Virus record (IMG/VR): IMGVR_UViG_3300020139_000001 | Location: 13,757 to 77,756 of that record | DNA: 64,000 nt | Source of the DNA: a virus | Reading direction: 5' to 3' (one strand) | In this document: positions 57,908-64,000 of the stretch, in pieces | Position numbering within the stretch: the stretch's first letter is position 1 | How the letters are laid out: every line of letters starts with the position of its first letter | Notes under the pieces: model-generated | What the model was told of the DNA's origin: nothing | The model's input: the letters and a program-made list of their open reading frames with translations, nothing else | Database searches by the model: none | Made by a program: the position numbers and the translations under genes

Positions 57908-57972
57908 CCGACTCCCCTAGCCTGCTACTGACTTTTAGCAATGTAGCAGGCTAGGGAGCCCTCCTATTTTTT
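57883..57972 (+). terminator. Tandem hairpins + T6 terminator
   Basis: 13-bp stem 57883-57915 over the stop codon, 14-bp stem 57915-57956, T-run 57967-57972. Confidence 0.7.
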
Positions 57973-58052
57973 CGCTGACGATCGAATGCTACAAGAACCA
58001 ACCAACATAGACTACACGAGACGTTCGTTCAGAACCTGAACAATTTCACGAA

Positions 58053-58892
58053 ATGGAAACTAGTGCACTAAGATATCTCATCCTTAGAGATATCGATAAG
58101 GTAGCGTACAATGTAAAACACGCTACTTTGGTAGAACACATTGTACGTGTTGTAAGGGAGATAACGATTGTCGAACGTAAATGTTGGGATGGTACTTGGC
58201 TAGAACAACTGAGGGAGTCTTTATTTGAGAACAGTGTTCTCCAAATATGTATCCCTCCTAATAAGACTATTGACAAGTACCTCTACAGAGTAAATGCCAC
58301 ACTTTTAGCGTGTAGTACTACCGATCGTGTACAAGTTTTCGTTGACGCTCTGTCTGAGGTATTTGCTTCTAGGGTACTAGGTGCAGTCATTCCAATTATG
58401 ACTACTGAACTTAGACCACGTAAGGAGTTAGTGAGATACTACACTTGGATGTTGATGACCAAACTAGTACATCCTCAAGCTAGTACTCCCCTTTTGGTAC
58501 CTCGTAAGATACCCTCTGAACATTTGGAGTCTATATTGAAGCATATCCCTAGAGACGGCTCCCTAACAGAAGGACTCCTAAACTTTCTACAAGAATACGT
58601 GTTGCTCTCTATAGTGAGCAAGCATTCCCTGCAGTTAAGGCTCAAGCAGTTTATGTTGGATACATTGTGCGATGAGATTGGAATATATCTAGGCGAGTCC
58701 TTTGCTTGTGGTGCTCCATTTCAATTTCACCATCTGATAGACACAATGCAAACACTTGCGGCACAACCATACAGCTACAGAGTATGGCAGCCCTTGGTTG
58801 ACGCACTCGTTCTGGTCACTGAAAAGGTTTACAAGAAAATAATGATACAACCAAGAGAAACATTAGAAGGAGCACAAAAACAAAATGTATAA
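58053..58892 (+). CDS. Hypothetical helical protein
   Basis: 279-aa ORF, no SD, 9 nt after GAACAA motif. Confidence 0.65.
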   Translation: METSALRYLILRDIDKVAYNVKHATLVEHIVRVVREITIVERKCWDGTWLEQLRESLFENSVLQICIPPNKTIDKYLYRVNATLLACSTTDRVQVFVDALSEVFASRVLGAVIPIMTTELRPRKELVRYYTWMLMTKLVHPQASTPLLVPRKIPSEHLESILKHIPRDGSLTEGLLNFLQEYVLLSIVSKHSLQLRLKQFMLDTLCDEIGIYLGESFACGAPFQFHHLIDTMQTLAAQPYSYRVWQPLVDALVLVTEKVYKKIMIQPRETLEGAQKQNV

Positions 58893-59805
58893 ATGTTTGC
58901 TTTTAGAACAGGAAGCGTCTTTTAGTCCGCTTACAGAGAGAGTGTTTCAATTAGGAGGAGCTGTTAGGTACGAATGTCGAAGGCTGGTTCAAAAACTAGG
59001 TTCCATACAAAGTGAATCTTCGTTAGTGGAGACCACTATCGTAGGTTTGTGGGTTACAGCATTGTTGGCGCAAGTTCTGCAAGAACTAGTACAACACAAA
59101 CCTGGAGTACCTTTTGCAGTTGGTGGCGGTCTGAGTCCCTATTTGTGCATACAGAAAGAGGTAGCAAAAGTGAAAGCTCTTGGCGGAGGGCAGCCTCTAA
59201 TAGACGTGCTGAAGACACATGAAGCTGACGTGTTAATGTTGTTTAGAAAGGATATGAAACAAGTATGGGAGACTTTAGGTATCCTAAGAGTGACAATGAT
59301 TGTATTGAGTTCTCTAGCTTTCTCTATTGTGCTAGCAAGCAAAGTACCTAACCTTACCTTTACTCCGCTCCTACTAGTATTGAAGACTACATTGGAGAAG
59401 CTCACTAACTTCAAACTTCAGGAGTTGCAAGCTATAGTCTCAAAACATGTCAAAGCAGAGCATCATAGGTTCTTAGAGGAGTTAAGTGGACAAAGAGGTG
59501 TCTCTCCAACACTTTTGATCTCCACAATACTGAAGAAGGTTGCTGGTTATGTAAGTTCGTTTGTCACCACTTATGTGAAGAGTCCATTCTTGGCAAACAG
59601 AGTTAAGTCAAAGTGTGGTCAGCAACCAACACGTCCATGTACGTTGGAAGCTCTCTTCAGAGCCGCCAAAGAAGTGTTTGAAGAAATGGGAACTCTATTC
59701 TATAGGACGTTGTACATTAGTGGGCCATTAATGATAGCCAAACTTTATGCATTCTTGGATCCAAGTCTGAGGTCCACGATTGTGAGCGTCTTCAGATCGT
59801 GTTAA
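58885..59805 (+). CDS. Hydrophobic helical protein (possible internal head protein)
   Basis: N-terminal LLLEQE; hydrophobic segments. Confidence 0.65.
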   Translation: MYKCLLLEQEASFSPLTERVFQLGGAVRYECRRLVQKLGSIQSESSLVETTIVGLWVTALLAQVLQELVQHKPGVPFAVGGGLSPYLCIQKEVAKVKALGGGQPLIDVLKTHEADVLMLFRKDMKQVWETLGILRVTMIVLSSLAFSIVLASKVPNLTFTPLLLVLKTTLEKLTNFKLQELQAIVSKHVKAEHHRFLEELSGQRGVSPTLLISTILKKVAGYVSSFVTTYVKSPFLANRVKSKCGQQPTRPCTLEALFRAAKEVFEEMGTLFYRTLYISGPLMIAKLYAFLDPSLRSTIVSVFRSC

Positions 59806-59815
59806 GGAGGACGTC

Positions 59816-60769
59816 ATGCCTTACTCCCACCTGCTATTGGAAGCAGCCAATATAGCTTTGTTGAGTGACCTGAAGGAAGCCTTTGGCAGACTAAGGACGG
59901 CACTAGGAAAGTATGCTACTCTCGAACCAGACCCCAATCCTGAAGAGATGAAAGAGGTCAGAGAGGAGCTTTCCCATATTTACAAGATAGTACATACTGT
60001 AGTACTCCTAGGTATAAACTACACATTGACATCATTAGTTTCAAAACCTGTAGAGCACGTCTTTATGAGGCCACAGGATTTAGGCTCTCTTTTAAGAGAA
60101 CAGTTACTAGAGCAAGAGGAGGAGGATGAAGAAGAAGTACAAATACTATCGCTCGTGAGAGTGAGGAAAGGTAGGATTCGTGAGGAGCTTACTTCACGTT
60201 TGGATAGTCTTTGGGATCATGGTATCGGAAAGTATGTATTGTGCTGGGCAGGCTTGTTGTTGTTCCTAGAATGGATTGCTACGTTGGTGGCCCCCTCCAA
60301 AGCTGATGACCTAGAGAGAATCATAAAACCCTTTCTCTCGCTCAAGGTAAGTCCCAGAGACCTGAAAACTCTAGGAGTACATAAGGACAAAGCACAAAAA
60401 GAATACTGTGCAAAATTATTTGGAATAGATCCTGAGAAAGCATCTATAGACGATATCGCCAACGGGTTCAATGCGACAATGAGAGATTTGCGGACTAGTG
60501 TGTTGAGAATATTCCAGAGAGAGAGCGAAAGCAGACTGAAATCCTGTGGACCATTCTTGAGAAGATTGAAGATTGGTGGTGCATGTGTGTTCTTTGTATA
60601 CAAGACTCTCCTGCAAAAGTTCAATACTGCTTTGGGTGCTGTCAAGCTAGTAGTCTCCACTCCTCAATTGATCTACACCGTGGTACTTTCAAGTGTGTTC
60701 CCCGCCTTCTTCCGAGATCTGTTTGCGCTTGGTAGAGGAGTGGGCACATTCCTAAGAGGAGGGGCATAG
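59816..60769 (+). CDS. Hydrophobic helical protein (possible internal head protein)
   Basis: N-terminal LLLEAA, internal LLREQLLEQEEE; architecture resembles upstream gene. Confidence 0.65.
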   Translation: MPYSHLLLEAANIALLSDLKEAFGRLRTALGKYATLEPDPNPEEMKEVREELSHIYKIVHTVVLLGINYTLTSLVSKPVEHVFMRPQDLGSLLREQLLEQEEEDEEEVQILSLVRVRKGRIREELTSRLDSLWDHGIGKYVLCWAGLLLFLEWIATLVAPSKADDLERIIKPFLSLKVSPRDLKTLGVHKDKAQKEYCAKLFGIDPEKASIDDIANGFNATMRDLRTSVLRIFQRESESRLKSCGPFLRRLKIGGACVFFVYKTLLQKFNTALGAVKLVVSTPQLIYTVVLSSVFPAFFRDLFALGRGVGTFLRGGA

Positions 60770-61461
60770 TGGAAGTTTTTGAAGCAAACGAGATAGGTCC
60801 ACTTCCACATATCTATAGAGCGCAAGTTGTTGACAATAAGGATCCAGAGAACATCGGTAGAGTGAAGGTCATCATACCTTCCTTAAGCGGTACGCAGGTT
60901 CAACTCTGGGCTAGACCGGTAAGTGCTTTCGGATATAGCACCACTTGTGGATCTCATGTAGTACCTGATGTAGGATGCTATGTGTATGTAATGTTTGAGA
61001 ATGGTGACGTCCGCTTTCCTGTGTATATGGGTGGGGTTGTACTCTTGCAGAATGTGATGCCTGAGTCTACTGAAGAGGGTTCTCAAGAGAAAGAGTACAT
61101 ACTATTGAGGACCCCCAATGGGAATCTCTTGCGTATATCCGACAACAAAAATAAGTTTACGCTTAGGACCAAAGGACAAAGAATCTTGGAGATCGATGAC
61201 ACACAACAAAGAGTCTACCTAAAGACAGACAAGCATAGTGTAGACATAAATGATGCAAATGGAGAGATACATATTGAGTGTGACGGCAAAGTGTATGTTC
61301 ACTCAACAGGAGAGACTAGAGTGAAGGCTGACGGAAAGATTTATTTAGATGGTGGAAGCGGAGATCTCTTTGGTGTGGTTACTAAGAAATGTAAATGTAT
61401 TGTAGTTGGAGCTCCACATTTGGATTCCTCTCAAAATGTGAATACAACAAAAGGAGGATAA
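60769..61461 (+). CDS. Baseplate spike (gp5/gpV OB-fold)
   Basis: YRAQVVDNKDPENIGRVKV, WARP, VPDVG..VYVMFENGD..PVYMG, beta-helix tail. Confidence 0.9.
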   Translation: MEVFEANEIGPLPHIYRAQVVDNKDPENIGRVKVIIPSLSGTQVQLWARPVSAFGYSTTCGSHVVPDVGCYVYVMFENGDVRFPVYMGGVVLLQNVMPESTEEGSQEKEYILLRTPNGNLLRISDNKNKFTLRTKGQRILEIDDTQQRVYLKTDKHSVDINDANGEIHIECDGKVYVHSTGETRVKADGKIYLDGGSGDLFGVVTKKCKCIVVGAPHLDSSQNVNTTKGG

Positions 61462-61464
61462 TCT

Positions 61465-61671
61465 ATGGCTCTATCAGCAGAAAGTATGGCAGCAAAAATC
61501 ATACAACACTTGGATGAGTTAGACTATACATTGGATCATACCTATGACTCTTCTGTTAGGTATCAGATCTGGCTGAAGATATGTGCAGGAATTGTTGAGG
61601 AGATTACTCAGAACGCTAGAGCTGTTGGTACAGATAGTGATGGAGATAGTCACGATTTAAACATCGTATGA
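61465..61671 (+). CDS. Small spike-associated protein
   Basis: MALSA...I..GIVEEI..NA pattern after the spike gene; GGAGG SD. Confidence 0.6.
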   Translation: MALSAESMAAKIIQHLDELDYTLDHTYDSSVRYQIWLKICAGIVEEITQNARAVGTDSDGDSHDLNIV

Positions 61672-61681
61672 GAGGTAGAGA

Positions 61682-63973
61682 ATGTATTACAAGGATGAAC
61701 CTCTAGGTATAGGCAATTTACAGACTAGGGTAGCCTTCCCTAATGCTTGGGTTTCCACCTGGAAGGAAAAGCCACTTCTAGTGACTATAGTCGGTGCTTA
61801 CCAAAGAGTTCTCATTTACGGGTTCGATTGTAACGTAAGTGACGATAGACTGAGTGTGACTGTTACGAAAGGAGCGCTCATAAAAGATCGTATTATCATT
61901 GAAGTTGGTGAAGATTGTGTCTTGCCTAGAGTGGATGCTGATGGTACATTCTATATCGCACTTAGGTATACTTTTAAGCAGCCCGTAGCTATCCGTATAG
62001 TAACACCTGACGCATACATTAACGAATATCCTCTCTACATGTATCTTGCCACCATTGTGTTAGCAGACAATCTGATACAGTCAGTAGTGAGAGATCCCGC
62101 GTTGGAAGAGAAGCCTGGAGTATGGCCTTACTACTTGGCGGGAGCTAGTAGTGAGGCTTTGCTCTCTTTATTGAGAACACCAAACTCTGGTGCAGACGTC
62201 CATTGGGACAATTTGATTAGCGTACCAGATCTCGTCGACGCTGTCGAGTTGCAGACTCCGGGAGCAGTTCAGGTACATTGGGACAATATAACAAACGTAC
62301 CTGATCTCGCAACTCATACACAATTACAAACCAGTGGACAGGCACAAGTTCATTGGGACAATATAACGAACGTACCTGAAGGCCTCCCTCCTGCTCCGCA
62401 TACACATGATGACAGATACTACACGGAAACAGAGTTACAAACCAGTGGGCAGGCACAAGTTCATTGGAATAACATAACGAGCAAGCCGACCTCGTTTCCT
62501 CCCTCTACACACGAGCACGATGACAGATACTACACCGAAACGGAGCTACAAACTAGTGGACAAGCACAAGTTCATTGGAATAACATAACGAGCAAGCCGA
62601 CCTCGTTTCCACCTTCTATGATACAGCCACAAGGTCACGATAGTGAACTGAACGCTGATATGTTAGATGGACAACATGGCACATACTACCTTTCTCGTGC
62701 TAACCACACTGGCACACAGTCGCCGTCTACAATATCACCACAAGGAGCTGGCAGTGGACTAGACTCTGATATGTTGGATGGACAACATGGCACATACTAC
62801 CTTTCTCGTGCTCACCACACTGGCACACAGCCACCCTCCACAATATCACCACAAGGAGCTGGCAGTGGACTGAACGCTGATATGTTAGATGGATATCACG
62901 CTTCACCGTCTCCTAATGTTAACACGATACCAGTAACTGGTGCTGACGGGAAACTGAGTGTTGATTGGTTATCAGGGGTTGTAACAAGTAGTGGTACCCC
63001 CTCGTACATAGCCAAGTTCGTGAACTTCAATGAGGTAGGCAACGCTCCTATTCGAGCGTCTACACAAGTAACGACTCTCCTCACTAGTGCTCGCTATGTA
63101 CCTCTTCTAGTATACTCCTTTAGTGGCAGAACGCTACGTGACGCTACAGTGGGTACGGACGACCCACCGTCAGATGTCGCGTTCGATGGTACTCACATCT
63201 GGATATCTGTCGGCTTGTCCACTATATACAAAGTGGATGTTGCTACTAACACGATAGTAGCAGCAATAGACTCGTCTCCAGGTTACCAGCCAAGCGATAT
63301 GGCATTCGATGGACGATATACTTGGGTAGTTCACGACGATAATGGCGTCCTAACTAAGATAGACATAATTACCAACGCTGTTGAACCTCTACCTACTAGT
63401 GTTGCAACTCCACAAGACATAATACTCGACGGATACTATGTGTGGGTGTCCGACTCTGGTGTTAACCAATTAGAAAAGTTCGACGTACGTACTGGAGATC
63501 TGGTAGCAGAGATAAATGTAGACAATCCTTACGACTTAGCGTTCGATGGAGCACATATATGGGTATGTAGTCACGACAATGGTTGGTTGTATAAGGTGGA
63601 CTCTGCTACGAATACTGTAGTAGCTACCATAAGTGTAGGAGAAGGACCAATTGGAATAGCATTCGATGGTACTCACATCTGGACTACCAACCAGTACGAC
63701 GATACTGTTAGCAAAGTAGATGTAGAAACCAATAGGGTGGTAGCTACCATAAGTGTAGGAGAAGGACCAATTGGAATAGCATTCGATGGCGTACGCATGT
63801 GGGTAACCAACTGGTATAGTAGTACTGTTAGCAAAATAGTAGTGGACGCTAACACTATATCTACAGCAGGAGTGAGTCCTAATCCATCAGGAGTGGCCTT
63901 TGACGGTACACATATGTGGATAGTCTACGAAGATATGTGCACGGTTGGCAAGTTGAAAGCTCGTAGGTACTAA
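61682..63973 (+). CDS. Tail fibre with shaft repeats and YVTN/YncE-like beta-propeller tip
   Basis: QVHWDNIT x5, HDDRYYTETE x2, DMLDG x3; AFDG.HIW and ATISVGEGP blades. Confidence 0.85.
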   Translation: MYYKDEPLGIGNLQTRVAFPNAWVSTWKEKPLLVTIVGAYQRVLIYGFDCNVSDDRLSVTVTKGALIKDRIIIEVGEDCVLPRVDADGTFYIALRYTFKQPVAIRIVTPDAYINEYPLYMYLATIVLADNLIQSVVRDPALEEKPGVWPYYLAGASSEALLSLLRTPNSGADVHWDNLISVPDLVDAVELQTPGAVQVHWDNITNVPDLATHTQLQTSGQAQVHWDNITNVPEGLPPAPHTHDDRYYTETELQTSGQAQVHWNNITSKPTSFPPSTHEHDDRYYTETELQTSGQAQVHWNNITSKPTSFPPSMIQPQGHDSELNADMLDGQHGTYYLSRANHTGTQSPSTISPQGAGSGLDSDMLDGQHGTYYLSRAHHTGTQPPSTISPQGAGSGLNADMLDGYHASPSPNVNTIPVTGADGKLSVDWLSGVVTSSGTPSYIAKFVNFNEVGNAPIRASTQVTTLLTSARYVPLLVYSFSGRTLRDATVGTDDPPSDVAFDGTHIWISVGLSTIYKVDVATNTIVAAIDSSPGYQPSDMAFDGRYTWVVHDDNGVLTKIDIITNAVEPLPTSVATPQDIILDGYYVWVSDSGVNQLEKFDVRTGDLVAEINVDNPYDLAFDGAHIWVCSHDNGWLYKVDSATNTVVATISVGEGPIGIAFDGTHIWTTNQYDDTVSKVDVETNRVVATISVGEGPIGIAFDGVRMWVTNWYSSTVSKIVVDANTISTAGVSPNPSGVAFDGTHMWIVYEDMCTVGKLKARRY
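62200..62900 (+). repeat. Near-identical tandem coding repeats in the fibre shaft
   Basis: HDDRYYTETELQTSGQAQVHWNNITSKPTSFPPS x2 and DMLDGQHGTYYLSRAxHTGTQxPSTISPQGAGSGL x2, conserved at DNA level. Confidence 0.85.
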
Positions 63974-64000
63974 CCTTAAATAAAACTGAACAAGGAGGTG

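Noticed and set aside
1-64000. tRNA, tmRNA, rRNA, integrase/transposase, or stop-codon reassignment
   Set aside because: No T-loop/CCA cloverleaf or recombinase motifs were seen, and genes are full length and tightly packed under code 11 using all three stops.

Overview
The whole window is part of the genome of a large contractile-tailed dsDNA phage (myovirus) using the standard genetic code and strong GGAGG Shine-Dalgarno sites. No capsid, portal, terminase, integrase, tRNA, rRNA or CRISPR array is visible. Positions 1-17.3 kb (+ strand) form a replication, recombination and DNA-modification block: family A polymerase (5'-truncated), TOPRIM primase, gp32-like SSB, RecA/UvsX, UvsW-like helicase, PD-(D/E)XK nuclease and ATP-dependent ligase. 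The same block carries a 7-deazaguanine set of QueE, Gat-QueC and a divergent TGT/DpdA-like protein. Positions 17.8-48.2 kb hold T4-like tail and baseplate genes on both strands (sheath, two tube paralogs, gp25, gp26, gp6, gp53-like, lectin-bearing fibres), with a pyruvoyl arginine decarboxylase and paired membrane proteins embedded among them. Positions 48.3-58 kb are an accessory, probably host-interaction island: a MoxR-like AAA ATPase, a metallopeptidase-vWA protein, five tandem mosaic 22-aa LRR genes plus a decapitated sixth, two paralogous unknown genes and several highly structured intergenic RNAs. Positions 58-64 kb carry probable head-processed proteins, a gp5-like spike and a beta-propeller tail fibre. 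The most striking observations are the shuffled VLR-like LRR array, a ~260-nt folded RNA that sequesters the RBS of an unannotated 29-aa hydrophobic peptide, a recurrent GAACAA late-promoter candidate, a candidate +1/-2 frameshift in the tail chaperone, and membrane-hairpin proteins with LxE protease sites. All calls come from reading motifs by eye; no searches or folding programs were run.
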